52,850 nucleotides of DNA from a virus (taxonomy: Duplodnaviria > Caudoviricetes): the IMG/VR virus record IMGVR_UViG_3300032271_000563, positions 1 through 52,850 of that record. One strand, given 5' to 3'. Under the pieces are notes generated by a model. That model did no database searches. It saw only the letters and a program-made list of their open reading frames with translations, and was not told the origin of the DNA. This document shows positions 8,801-18,291 of the stretch, piece after piece (positions within the stretch are counted from its first letter, which is position 1; the number at the start of each line of letters is the position of its first letter). The position numbers and the translations under genes are program-made.

Positions 8801-11800
8801 TTGACCCAACGCGAAGAACGTCAGATCGCCAACAGCGTTGAATTGACCAAGGATGAGTTAAAGATTATCAAGGAAGGCGCCAAAGCCGCTGGAGTTCCTG
8901 TATCTGAAATAGAAGAACGTGTGCGTCAACATAAGATTGACAACCCATCTGTTGGTGATGACCCCTGGGCACAGCTTGAATTGAGCAGAATTAAACAACT
9001 CAAAGACAAGCCAGGCGAGTATGAGATTGAGTACAAAAACGTCCCATACAGTTATGACCAAGATGCCCAAGGCAAAACGATTAAGCCTGGAACGACGGAG
9101 TATGACACGCACACGACATCATTGGCTGATAAGCTGAAGAATGAAGTGGTGGACATTTACAATCGTTTTAGGGGTGGTGATGAGGCGGCAGGAAACATTA
9201 TTCGCCAGGCTGGCTGGTATAAAGAAATGCGTAGCAGGTTACGCCAAGAGTTTGGGGGCTTGGGTGACTTGTTTGCTGACCTCTTGGGGGCAACATCCCC
9301 GAACACCCCTGTCCGCGAGAACTGGAAAAACGCCGTTGACTTGATCCGCAAGGCCAGCCAGGGTGACTTTGATGCTTTGGTTCCCCAGTGGGAAGATTGG
9401 TATAAGAATGTTGAAACCCAAGAGAAGAAACTAAATTCATTCTTTGCTGGCCAGTTGGCTGAAGGTAAGACCAAGGCGGCAATTAAAAGAATGCCTGAGT
9501 TTGAATCCCAGTATGAAGAACTTAAAAAGGCTAGGGAATTCCCTGATGAACTGTTGCCTTTAAAAGACAGCGGCAAGAAGTATGGGTTCAATGGCCAAAA
9601 CGGTGTTCGCGCATTGTTGGACTTGTTTAGAGTGGTTAAAGATCCAAACGCTGACATTGGTATTGGTACCACAGCGCCCAAGGCCATAACATTTTCTGGC
9701 AACCTTATTGGATTTAAAGACCGAGCAACCATTGACGTGTGGGCGGCTCGATTGCTCCAGCGCTTGGCTGAAAAGATCCGTGTGCCCTCAATGGCAGAAA
9801 CTGGGGTAAGTGGTGCCATGCTCCCAGGCGGGACCACCACGGGCCAATTTGGCATGGGCCAAGACGTGTTTAGAAAAGCTGTGGACCTTATCCGTAAGGA
9901 CCCTGAACTGTCTAAGCTGGATGTGCTCAAAAACATATCAGACGATGACTTACAAGCTTTGATTTGGTTTAAAGAAAAAGAATTGTGGACTAAAAAGAAT
10001 TGGACGTCCGCGGCTGGTGAAGGCGGATCGTTTGAGTTTGAGGCTGACCTTGCAGGTATCAGGGACCAGGCTGAAGTCAACCGTTTGCGTAAACTGATCG
10101 ATACTGGCGTGGCCACCACCAAAAAACAAAAAGAAATGGCACAGGCAGAAATCGAAGACATAGAAGCTCATAGGATGACCCTGAGGTCCTTGATGGAGCA
10201 AGCAGTTGATTCATTGAGCCCCCATGACCAGAAAGCCATGAAGAGCCACATTGATGATTTAAACAAATCAATCACTAGGCAAAAAGCAATTCTTTCTAAG
10301 CCTGATCCTGAAGAGTTGATGCAAACTAAGAAGGGCGCCCAGGAAAAATTAAATAAGATGGTTCGTCCGTTAGAACGTTATCAAGCTGGTTTGTCGCAAC
10401 AATCGCCTGACTTTACGCCTGCTAATGCTGACCAAGCCAGGCTGGCTGATACCATGCAAAAAGCCATTTATGCGGGCGATGACGGCGCTACAGTGATGGC
10501 CAGCAAGAGTATGCCTACCTTGGGCATTTACGGCGCCCCAGAGCATTCTATTGACCTGGAGGCCATTGTTCGCCAGGGATACAACCCAATACCTTTGCTT
10601 AAAGAAATCATTACTGAGGCCCAGGCGGCTAAACAGCACAGCACGTTTTTGTCTAAGGTATTGCGTAATGATGAGCCTGTTGACCCATTGCGTCATAGGC
10701 CAGGGGTTGAGATTTACTTTAGGGAAAAGGGTGATGTCAGCAAAATACAACCAATTCTTGATGACCTGAAAAAAGAAGGCATTCAGTTTTATACTGTGAT
10801 TGTGGATGGCCGTCGTAGTCCAAATGCTTTGGCTGGACAGATTCCACCTGCTGTCGGTGTACGTTTCCAATTGGTGCCTGAGTTTGAGCAGGCATTTGAC
10901 ATCCATGATTGGTCCAAGCTTACTGATGCCCAGATTGCGGCGGAAGTAGACAAGAGGGCCATACAAATGGCTGACCTTGCCGCTACGGTGGCAAAGAAAG
11001 TTCCAGGCGTGAGCAATGCTGGACAATATTGGTACGACACCGAAGTGTTATTTGACCATCAGTATCAGGAGAGATTAAATGAAATTGAAAACTCAAGCAG
11101 AACGCCTGGCGGAAATGCTACCAGCGCTGGAGAGAAAACATGGGGCGGAAAATCCATTCGTGAAGGGGTTAAAGGAGCAATTAGTGGGCCTCCAGAGACA
11201 ACAGGATCGACGGGAACAGTACCAAGTGGGGATGCAAGCACCCCAGCGGTAGACCGCATTAGCATGTCCCACAAGGACGTGACCAAACGAGTTCCTGAAT
11301 TAACCGAGGCCGCATTAAAGGTCCAAGCTGGCTTGATGTCCCGCGCTGAATACAACGACATTGTCAACAAATATAAACCTGTACTGCCGTATACATCAGC
11401 CCCCAAGCCAGCAACTGTTAAACAAATGACCGCGGCATTGTCTGAAGATAAGCGCCCACGTTTACTTGCCCCCAGGAATTTAGAAGAGGGACACAAGGTT
11501 GGCGTAAGGTTGGACATACCATCTTATTCAAACAGCGGCACCTGGATACCTACAATCCATGAGCAAAAGGCTGGGTTCCAGGCTGGGCCAACAATTGGGT
11601 ATGACAACCATTCGCATGTAATGAATGCAGAATTTGGTGTTCAGCCTAAAGCGGCCATCAACTATGCAACGGGCAAAACGGCTAAAAACACGTTTGCTAC
11701 AATCAAAGGCGATTGGCACAAAACAACGCCTGAAAAAGCATTTGCCGACGTGCAAAAACATTTGAACAGTTCTGAATGGACGCAAGTTGGTATGGACCCA

Positions 11801-11968
11801 GAGCGCCATTCATATTTTTATGATAGAAAGACTGGATTGCCTGTGACCCATGCGGATGAGGCCATCCAGGTTGGACCGTTAGTTTTGGCTCGAAATGCAA
11901 AGAACTTATCTAAACCTGGTGATTTTTCTTATAAACGCGGCGGCTTAGTTTCACACAAAGGACATTGA
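5810..11968 (+). CDS. giant multi-domain (polyvalent-type) protein: PcfJ-like, ASCH and HhH-glycosylase-like segments
   Basis: 2052-aa ORF with GAGG RBS; YADKIISGEKTFETR (ASCH); LCTQ...LYALIDKEGKPHAQI (PcfJ-like); ATSP...PK...TIDVWAAR...LQALIW. Confidence 0.75.
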   Translation: MPEGLLSGVLPALYSAGDYAKRQVKNIASDPLGVIQQSLGQMTDTRKRFDDLARMAYGDPKNPAKVTNKAAHDLLQTMATEQMLNMNMGVSGVVKPLKGGAWLDKTVDRMIDDMRPMYSIDDKLSLEKQLKGYQDYVEQNKNLPNADLTHVEAGIRDIEDLLKRLPGYSAVHEWLNKNLRNYVKNEMGTPFDPLRKQADEKTKIHLEPDQLAHQPYIEGVKNRREEVGMPVEGMAKTPMGKSWEDRADLHIESQPASYYQNKPSYVADFGQFGSNKFHTEEEAKKSIEKWHKAISNLSANGPLRKVVPTIQRTGPMVEHPWLEKKAPNEPIYNLDGGQALNFRPVTETLLNDIFEGRLPAESLKNVSVAQAVARHSDYQKELAAQLAKLEAEQQKKNLSANVHKKYDDEHQWIELPDTMSSAENKEFCKGIGKTLGLCTQNDWAAEDYGRHDVGNRLYALIDKEGKPHAQIQTKHRNFNLRDIAQLPAEDQKLINKQVTEWAQNQDEYPTHSRVERAYSDAAKSLGHQLPTDVLEIKPPSNDWKGQYSLDREEKYPGYQEKYKPYLDDFVRSGNYGDVGDLYNTNLFDLNNVSDYANKLKSHANKVGLNFPRFITNQERDILGEHSIHHQVAEAVNNPAIRPFPEIPEELRKYQVQPEPPVQEYKVGGAVQHFDDGGEVTSQDDLNKPFFGNPNIQRQGAAARANAAERSPLTLPDPRTYAAATTALSVPVNMANMFYGGAQSVAKSIPEAIKTGQPPAPIAERLAEKYFSQNPGMQPDTPLAEEYQGNLGKALSWVPPVVGDLMFARNVGEVSNPMKMMLKDYMKANPPSVGLSTKNVGEPIGEAIAPKKVGINVNQDKDNLYADKIISGEKTFETRDSDSLRPYVGTRVPIIATGSGPAKAIGEVHLGEPIKVTSKEEFDKYRDQHLVPEGSTFDIKKGGEKWLYPVSQPIRYGTPKDVAKYGIVAREVYGHEDGLKDQPLKMDMKSGDITQHNLLTQREERQIANSVELTKDELKIIKEGAKAAGVPVSEIEERVRQHKIDNPSVGDDPWAQLELSRIKQLKDKPGEYEIEYKNVPYSYDQDAQGKTIKPGTTEYDTHTTSLADKLKNEVVDIYNRFRGGDEAAGNIIRQAGWYKEMRSRLRQEFGGLGDLFADLLGATSPNTPVRENWKNAVDLIRKASQGDFDALVPQWEDWYKNVETQEKKLNSFFAGQLAEGKTKAAIKRMPEFESQYEELKKAREFPDELLPLKDSGKKYGFNGQNGVRALLDLFRVVKDPNADIGIGTTAPKAITFSGNLIGFKDRATIDVWAARLLQRLAEKIRVPSMAETGVSGAMLPGGTTTGQFGMGQDVFRKAVDLIRKDPELSKLDVLKNISDDDLQALIWFKEKELWTKKNWTSAAGEGGSFEFEADLAGIRDQAEVNRLRKLIDTGVATTKKQKEMAQAEIEDIEAHRMTLRSLMEQAVDSLSPHDQKAMKSHIDDLNKSITRQKAILSKPDPEELMQTKKGAQEKLNKMVRPLERYQAGLSQQSPDFTPANADQARLADTMQKAIYAGDDGATVMASKSMPTLGIYGAPEHSIDLEAIVRQGYNPIPLLKEIITEAQAAKQHSTFLSKVLRNDEPVDPLRHRPGVEIYFREKGDVSKIQPILDDLKKEGIQFYTVIVDGRRSPNALAGQIPPAVGVRFQLVPEFEQAFDIHDWSKLTDAQIAAEVDKRAIQMADLAATVAKKVPGVSNAGQYWYDTEVLFDHQYQERLNEIENSSRTPGGNATSAGEKTWGGKSIREGVKGAISGPPETTGSTGTVPSGDASTPAVDRISMSHKDVTKRVPELTEAALKVQAGLMSRAEYNDIVNKYKPVLPYTSAPKPATVKQMTAALSEDKRPRLLAPRNLEEGHKVGVRLDIPSYSNSGTWIPTIHEQKAGFQAGPTIGYDNHSHVMNAEFGVQPKAAINYATGKTAKNTFATIKGDWHKTTPEKAFADVQKHLNSSEWTQVGMDPERHSYFYDRKTGLPVTHADEAIQVGPLVLARNAKNLSKPGDFSYKRGGLVSHKGH

Positions 11969-11969
11969 A

Positions 11970-12860
11970 ATGACTTCTCCAAAATATGGTTATGAATATA
12001 CTAACACTGGGTGGCAACTAAAACCTGGTTTTTTTCTTGATAGCAATGGTGATGTAAAGCCTATACCACCAGAACCGCCAACAGCGCCACCAGGTTATTA
12101 CATAGATAATTATGGCAATGTGTTGCCTGTTCCGACTGCACCAAAGCCAATAACGCCATATCCTGAACCAGCTTATCCTAAAGCGCCAACACCTGAACCA
12201 ACTTATCCACGTGGTTACACTGTTGATAATAATGGTAACTTAAAATTAATGCCTGGTTATTATGACAATGGAAGCGGTATGGGACAACCAATACCTCCAA
12301 CTTATCCTCCTAATTTTCCACCGTCTGAAGTTTTTCCGCCAAACGTTGGTATAGATACATACCCACAACCTCCACGTAGCAACCCACAAAACTTGCAAAC
12401 TGATGACATCAGAGCATTTGTAAATGCAAATATTGGTGACCCAGCAACTATTGCTAGTGCCATGCAACAGTATGGTTTGAATGCAACTGACGTTGCCCAG
12501 GCCATGGGAGTTGATCCAAGCGTGGTTAGTAGCTATTTTAGTGGCAATAATATTGATTCAAATACTGGATTACCTCCCATGCATACAGAGACGCCACCAG
12601 AGATTTTACCAGTGCCACAAGTGCGTACAGAGACGCCACCAACATATTTAACGCCACCAAAATATTTAACGCCACCAACGCCACCTATACCTATTTACCC
12701 AACTTTTGATGATCCTCAATTATTTGAAGGACGTGTTCGAACACCTCAAGAATTTGAAGGACCTGTTCGGACACCTCAAGAAATTGAAGGACGTCCTAAC
12801 TATGACATGTCACAACTTGCTACTTTGCCAGACGGCAGTCAAGTTTATACAGGTCAATAA
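11970..12860 (+). CDS. proline-rich repeat protein
   Basis: AAGGA RBS; GY/FxxDxxGN repeats, small helical domain, tandem repeats near C-terminus. Confidence 0.7.
   Translation: MTSPKYGYEYTNTGWQLKPGFFLDSNGDVKPIPPEPPTAPPGYYIDNYGNVLPVPTAPKPITPYPEPAYPKAPTPEPTYPRGYTVDNNGNLKLMPGYYDNGSGMGQPIPPTYPPNFPPSEVFPPNVGIDTYPQPPRSNPQNLQTDDIRAFVNANIGDPATIASAMQQYGLNATDVAQAMGVDPSVVSSYFSGNNIDSNTGLPPMHTETPPEILPVPQVRTETPPTYLTPPKYLTPPTPPIPIYPTFDDPQLFEGRVRTPQEFEGPVRTPQEIEGRPNYDMSQLATLPDGSQVYTGQ
12723..12794 (+). repeat. 30-bp tandem repeat (about 2.4 copies), coding
   Basis: TTTGAAGGAC(G/C)TGTTCG(A/G)ACACCTCAAGAA twice plus a partial copy. Confidence 0.85.
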
Positions 12861-12870
12861 AGGATAAACC

Positions 12871-15453
12871 ATGGCAACAGAAATGCCCATTGAACAGGAT
12901 TATGACCGCCATATTGACGGCATGTCTGAGGAACCAGAAAGCAGTGTCACTGGATTACCTGATGGTGAACTAAACATTGAAGAAATGCCTGATGGTTCAG
13001 CCGTGGTAACCACAGAAGACTTTGAAGGTCCATCGGAAGATGAAGACTTTTACCAAAACTTGGCAGAAGAATTTGATCCATATGACTTGAACAAAGTGTG
13101 TATGCACTACATGGACCTGATCAAAAGCGACAAAATGAGTCGTGAAGACAGGGACAAGCAATATGAAGAAGGATTAAAACGTACTGGATTGGGTAAAGAC
13201 GCACCAGGCGGCGCTAATTTCTTAGGCGCATCTAAAGTGGTTCACCCCATTATGGCGGAGGCATGTGTTGATTTTGCATCCAGGGCAATCAAAGAGTTGT
13301 TTCCCCCAGATGGTCCCACACGCACAAAAATAATTGGTGACGTTGACAAAGACAAAATAGAAGTTGCTGAACGCAAGCGCGACTACATGAACTGGCAGTT
13401 GACCGAGCAAATTGAAGAGTTTAGGGATGAACAAGAGCAGTTGTTAACGCAACTACCCTTGGGTGGTTCTCAATACCTCAAGATGTGGTACGACGATAAC
13501 AAAAAGCGCCCTTGTACTGAATTTGTTCCTATTGACAAAATTTACTTGCCTTATGCCGCGGCAAATTTTTATACGGCACAACGGGTAACTGAAGAAAATA
13601 CCATTACGTCTTATGAGTTTGAAAGCAGGGTTCGTTCTGGTTTGTACCGTGACATTAATTTAATACGTGCCTCTGACCAACCTGAAATGAGTTATGCTGA
13701 AAAGGCAAACGTCAAGATTGAAGGTAAAAAATGGGAAAACAACGATGATGGCGTAAGAAACGTCTATCACGTGTATACCTGGATTGAATTTGATGAAGAC
13801 AAGCGGGCTAAAGGGGAAAGCGCGCCATACATCTTGATGATTGATGAACTCGACATGAAGTGTGTGGGTTTGTACCGTAACTGGGAAGAAGGCGATGACA
13901 CTAGAACAAAGCTTGATTGGCTTATTGAATTCAAGTTTATTCCATGGCGCGGCGCATATGCGATTGGTCTCCCTCATCTCATTGGTGGATTGTCCGCCGC
14001 CCTTACTGGTGCCTTACGTGCATTGTTGGATTCAGCCCATATCAACAATTCAGCCACCATGCTCAAAATCAAGGGCGCCAGAATGTCTGGCCAAACCCAG
14101 CAGGTGGAAGTTACCCAAGTTGCTGAAATAGAAGGCGCACCAGGCGTGGACGATGTCCGCAAAATTGCCATGCCCATGCCATTCAATCCCCCATCACCCG
14201 TGCTATTTCAGCTTCTGGGCTGGATTACAGACGCGGCCAAGGGGGTAGTGACCACCAGCGAAGAAAAGATTGCTGACGCCACAAATAACATGCCTGTGGG
14301 CACTGCCCAAGCTTTGATTGAACAAGGCGCCCATGTTTATTCAGCAATCCACGCTAGGTTGCATGAAAGCCAAGCCAGGGTATTAAAAGTATTGGGTAGA
14401 TTGAATCGCTGGTATTTGGATGACCAAAAACGCGGTGAGTTGGTGGCTGACCTGGACATCAAACGGGAAGACTTCAAACGTAGTACGGACGTTATTCCTG
14501 TTTCTGACCCACACATCTTTTCAGAAACCCAAAGGATGGCGCAAACACAAGCTGTAATGCAAATTATGGCTCAGTATCCCCACGCATTTAACCAGAAAGC
14601 GGTGCTTGAACGGTTCTTAAAACAAATGAAAGTGCCACAAATCAATGAGTTAATGGTCATGGAGCCTGAAGAGGACATGATTGATGTGGCTCAAGAGAAT
14701 GTATTGATGAGTACTGGCCAGCCAGCCAAAGCTTACAAAGAACAAGACCACCTGGCTCACGTGCAAGGACACTTAGATTTCTATCAAAACCCCATTTTTG
14801 GTGGCAAAAACCCATTGGTTATGCCTGCTTTGCTCCAACCCCTGGTCATTCATATCATGCAACACTTTGAAATGTGGTACCAGGCGCGTATGGATGAGTA
14901 CGTTACACAAGCTTTGGGTGAAAAATTGGACTATGACAACGTAAAAATTACCCACAGAATTGACAAGTTGTACGCTTTGGCATCCCAACACGTTGACCAG
15001 GATTCACAGCAGACGTTCTCTAAGATCATGCCTATATTCCAAGACATGATGCAACAGGTACAACAGCTTAAAAAGCAACAACAGCCCCCAATGGACGCTG
15101 ACGCACAAGCATTGGTGCAGACTGCAATGGCAGAAACCCAACGTAAAGCGGCTAAAGACCAAATTGATGGCAAGATGTCCCAAGCTAAGTTGCAGGCGGA
15201 TATTGCCATGGAGCAGGCCCGCTTACAGGCTGACCTGTCATTGGAACAAGCCAAGCTTAAAGCGGATGAAGACCGTTTTGGGGCTGACAAAAACCTTGAA
15301 ATAGCAATGAACGCGGAAAATAATCTTACGCGAGAGCGCATTGAATCAGCAAAGTTGTCGCATGACGCGAGCAAATTGCAACATGAGCAGGTGAAAACTG
15401 CACTGGGACTTGAAAATCAAGCCCAGTCATTCTTAGGAGGCCCAAATGGCTAA
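12871..15453 (+). CDS. portal protein (P22-like) with long C-terminal coiled coil
   Basis: 860 aa; position between terminase and scaffold; HPIMAEAC...ELFP, PVGTAQALIEQG; Q/A-rich tail. Confidence 0.85.
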   Translation: MATEMPIEQDYDRHIDGMSEEPESSVTGLPDGELNIEEMPDGSAVVTTEDFEGPSEDEDFYQNLAEEFDPYDLNKVCMHYMDLIKSDKMSREDRDKQYEEGLKRTGLGKDAPGGANFLGASKVVHPIMAEACVDFASRAIKELFPPDGPTRTKIIGDVDKDKIEVAERKRDYMNWQLTEQIEEFRDEQEQLLTQLPLGGSQYLKMWYDDNKKRPCTEFVPIDKIYLPYAAANFYTAQRVTEENTITSYEFESRVRSGLYRDINLIRASDQPEMSYAEKANVKIEGKKWENNDDGVRNVYHVYTWIEFDEDKRAKGESAPYILMIDELDMKCVGLYRNWEEGDDTRTKLDWLIEFKFIPWRGAYAIGLPHLIGGLSAALTGALRALLDSAHINNSATMLKIKGARMSGQTQQVEVTQVAEIEGAPGVDDVRKIAMPMPFNPPSPVLFQLLGWITDAAKGVVTTSEEKIADATNNMPVGTAQALIEQGAHVYSAIHARLHESQARVLKVLGRLNRWYLDDQKRGELVADLDIKREDFKRSTDVIPVSDPHIFSETQRMAQTQAVMQIMAQYPHAFNQKAVLERFLKQMKVPQINELMVMEPEEDMIDVAQENVLMSTGQPAKAYKEQDHLAHVQGHLDFYQNPIFGGKNPLVMPALLQPLVIHIMQHFEMWYQARMDEYVTQALGEKLDYDNVKITHRIDKLYALASQHVDQDSQQTFSKIMPIFQDMMQQVQQLKKQQQPPMDADAQALVQTAMAETQRKAAKDQIDGKMSQAKLQADIAMEQARLQADLSLEQAKLKADEDRFGADKNLEIAMNAENNLTRERIESAKLSHDASKLQHEQVKTALGLENQAQSFLGGPNG

Positions 15454-15601
15454 TGATGCAGAGCAAAAATCAATTCTTGTGCCACAACACAAGCGTATGG
15501 CCCAAGGCGAAAAGCTGGACGGTTCAAGTATGGGCTCAAAAGGCTCAGACGGTAAGAAACAAGGCGGTTTAAGCCACGCCTTGAAGAAAAAAAGTAAATG
15601 A
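15446..15601 (+). CDS. 51-aa basic peptide (not in ORF track)
   Basis: AGGAGG RBS; ATG 15446, TGA 15599-15601; overlaps both neighbours; MANDAEQK...KKQGGLSHALKKKSK. Confidence 0.65.
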   Translation: MANDAEQKSILVPQHKRMAQGEKLDGSSMGSKGSDGKKQGGLSHALKKKSK

Positions 15602-15792
15602 TTGGCATTAAAGATGTCATCGGGGTGATAAAAGCCAGGCAAGCTGAGATAGCGTTTTCTTTGGGTGCAGGCAACGCATCTACATGGGAAATCTATCAAC
15701 GGGTTGTGGGCATTTATTTGGGGCATCAAGAGGTTTTAGATGCCATTAACAAAATGTTAAACGAGGAACAAGAGAGAGAAAATGACAAATAA
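15598..15792 (+). CDS. small hypothetical head-region protein
   Basis: ATGA overlap; YQRVVGIYLG motif typical of the small gene preceding phage GroES. Confidence 0.7.
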   Translation: MIGIKDVIGVIKARQAEIAFSLGAGNASTWEIYQRVVGIYLGHQEVLDAINKMLNEEQERENDK

Positions 15793-16195
15793 CAACGATT
15801 TAGACTGGGCGTTTCCAAAAGTAGACCCAGGAGCCGAGCCACTCGGTGCAAGAATTCTTGTACAACTAAGAAGGTCCAAGAAGCAAACAGAAAGTGGATT
15901 GTGGTTGGTTGAAGAAACCAAAGAAACCGAAAAATGGCAAAACATGGTGGGTAAAGTCATCACGATTGGGCCATTGGCGTTTAAAAACAGGGAAACAATG
16001 GCCTCCTGGCCTGAAGGTTCCTGGTGCCAAGTCGGTGATTACGTCCGCGTACCCAAGTGGGGCGGAGATCGATGGGATATTGAAGTCCCAGGTGAAGATA
16101 GTCTTGAAGAAAAAGCTCTCTTTATGATTATCAATGACCATGAAGTTATCGCCAAGATAACTGGTAACCCCTTAGAAGTGAAAGCGTTTATATGA
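15782..16195 (+). CDS. groES: GroES/Cpn10-like co-chaperonin
   Basis: PLGARILV, TESGLWL, GKVITIGP, VGDYV, IINDHEVIAKI match the Cpn10 pattern. Confidence 0.85.
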   Translation: MTNNNDLDWAFPKVDPGAEPLGARILVQLRRSKKQTESGLWLVEETKETEKWQNMVGKVITIGPLAFKNRETMASWPEGSWCQVGDYVRVPKWGGDRWDIEVPGEDSLEEKALFMIINDHEVIAKITGNPLEVKAFI

Positions 16196-17112
16196 ACACG
16201 GAAACCAAAGATAAAGTCGAAGAACCGATTGACATTCATGTCAATGAGGAACTGGATGGATCTGCCACGGTTGAACTACCTGACGATTTAGCCCCCTCAA
16301 GCCATGAAGATGACGATCATCCAGATGACACGGACGAGGAGAGGCATGAGAAAAAAACAAAACGCAGAAATAAGCGTGATATTGCAAAGGCAACTACCTC
16401 CGAGAAACAAATTCAACTGGAACTGCTTAGAAAGCAAAACGAAGATTTGATGTCCAGGTTGGCAGTAGTGGAGAAAAGAACCCATTATGCTGACATAGCT
16501 CGAATCGATGCCGCCATCAAAGAGGCGGATATGAACCTTGAGTACCAAAAATTAAAGATGTCTGAGGCCATGCAACATGGAAACGGGGATGCATTTAATA
16601 TGGCCCAAGAGGGTTGGGATAAAGCCAAAACCACCATCAGGGACCTAAGAGCGCTCAAAGATTCACAAATTAGGCCGCAACAAACCAATAGTATTCCCGA
16701 TCCAAGGCTGACCAGAAATGCAAACGCCTGGATGGAAAAACATTCATGGTATGACCCCAGTGGTGGGGACCGTGATAGTCGAATTGCCAAAGTAATCGAT
16801 GAGGAGCTGGTTAAGGAGGGGTGGGACCCCACTTCAAATGATTATTGGGAAGAACTTGATAATCGCTTGTCAAAAACCATTTCTCATAGGTACAATGACG
16901 ATATGGACGTAAGACCGTCTGCTAAAAGACCAAGGAGTGTTGTTACAAGCACAGGACGCGAGAGCGTTAATGGTTCGTCAAATCGAAGCACTTTTGTACT
17001 TAAACCCGAACAGGTTAGAGCAATGAAAGATGCAGGTTTCTGGGATGACCAGGAAAAGCGAGCCAGAATGATCAAGCGCTACGCCCAAGAAGCACGTAAC
17101 AATTCATACTAA
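16192..17112 (+). CDS. putative scaffolding protein
   Basis: acidic N-terminus, coiled coil, position upstream of capsid genes. Confidence 0.6.
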   Translation: MNTETKDKVEEPIDIHVNEELDGSATVELPDDLAPSSHEDDDHPDDTDEERHEKKTKRRNKRDIAKATTSEKQIQLELLRKQNEDLMSRLAVVEKRTHYADIARIDAAIKEADMNLEYQKLKMSEAMQHGNGDAFNMAQEGWDKAKTTIRDLRALKDSQIRPQQTNSIPDPRLTRNANAWMEKHSWYDPSGGDRDSRIAKVIDEELVKEGWDPTSNDYWEELDNRLSKTISHRYNDDMDVRPSAKRPRSVVTSTGRESVNGSSNRSTFVLKPEQVRAMKDAGFWDDQEKRARMIKRYAQEARNNSY

Positions 17113-17123
17113 GGAAAAAGCAA

Positions 17124-17669
17124 ATGGAATCACGTTTAAAAAAATCTCTCAGTGCTGGTGGCCGAGAAAGTCGTTCTTCCGAGGACGAATCAAGAAAACC
17201 GCCTGAAGAAAAGTTCATCACGTCGCAGGAACGTCGCAGAATGTGGAGCGAGGAGTGGACACAGAGTGCTTTACCTAAAGTCCCAACAGTGCCAGGTTGG
17301 CATACATGTTGGCTCTCAACTACTAACAGTTATGACAGCATTGATAAGCGTATGCGACTAGGGTATGTTCCTGTAAAAGCGGAAGAAATGCCTGGATTCG
17401 ATAATTACCGCGTAAAAGCTGGAGAACACGTTGGTTTTGTTGCTTGCAATGAGATGCTCTTGTTTAAAATCCCTATGGATGTTTATCAAGACTACATGTT
17501 GCAGATGCACCATGATATGCCCAATGAGGAGTCCGACAAAATTCGGGTCCAAGTTGAGCAATTGCAAGGTGGACAAGACAGTTCAGGCAAAAACCTGGCT
17601 GAAGTTGAAGGCGATGGGTTAAAGCAATTAAGTAGGAGAAATGTACCTGATCCCGTTTTTCAAGGGTAG
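17124..17669 (+). CDS. conserved head-region protein, function unknown
   Basis: AAGGA RBS; 181 aa. Confidence 0.7.
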   Translation: MESRLKKSLSAGGRESRSSEDESRKPPEEKFITSQERRRMWSEEWTQSALPKVPTVPGWHTCWLSTTNSYDSIDKRMRLGYVPVKAEEMPGFDNYRVKAGEHVGFVACNEMLLFKIPMDVYQDYMLQMHHDMPNEESDKIRVQVEQLQGGQDSSGKNLAEVEGDGLKQLSRRNVPDPVFQG

Positions 17670-17692
17670 GGTTTTTTTAACAAGGAGTTAGT

Positions 17693-18280
17693 ATGTCTTC
17701 AACTAATGCTCCGTTCGGCCTACGTCCTGCGTTCCATCCCTCTGGTTTGGACCGCGCTCAAGCGTTGGCTGGCGGTATTGCGTCTGGATATTCATCGAAT
17801 ATCTTAAAAGGACAACCCGTTATATATAACGGTAGTGCTGGAACCATCGGAGTAGTAACAACTACTGGTGCATGGACTGGTGCTTTTGCTGGTGTCGAAT
17901 GGACTGATACTACTGGTCGTAGGCGTGTAAGTAACTATTGGCCTGCCAGTACTGCTTATATTGCTGGATCATGTGTTGCTTATTTCTACAACGATCAAAA
18001 CATCGTTTATGAAATTCAATCTGATGCAACAATGGCTCAAACTTCTTTGGGTAACGAGTACAACTTCACATCTGCCAATTTAGCCGCAGGTTCTACTACT
18101 ACTGGTTTGTCTGCTTGCACCTTAGGTGTATCAACAGCCGTTGGTAATGGCGCCCAGGGCCAAATGCGTGTCGTTGACATTGCTCCATATGTGGACAATG
18201 CATGGGGTGATGCCTATGTTATTGTTCGTGTCGTTAACTCACAGTCACAGTTCTTCGGTTCTGTAACTGCTATAGCATAA
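17693..18280 (+). CDS. putative capsid decoration/cement protein
   Basis: AAGGAG RBS; NAPFGLRP start; immediately precedes major capsid gene. Confidence 0.65.
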   Translation: MSSTNAPFGLRPAFHPSGLDRAQALAGGIASGYSSNILKGQPVIYNGSAGTIGVVTTTGAWTGAFAGVEWTDTTGRRRVSNYWPASTAYIAGSCVAYFYNDQNIVYEIQSDATMAQTSLGNEYNFTSANLAAGSTTTGLSACTLGVSTAVGNGAQGQMRVVDIAPYVDNAWGDAYVIVRVVNSQSQFFGSVTAIA

Positions 18281-18291
18281 GGGGGTAAATC

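Noticed and set aside
9157-10161. 334-aa minus-strand ORF
   Set aside because: Codon-aligned antisense shadow of the giant gene
12723-12794. CRISPR array
   Set aside because: Repeats are contiguous with no spacers and are in frame in a CDS; no cas operon
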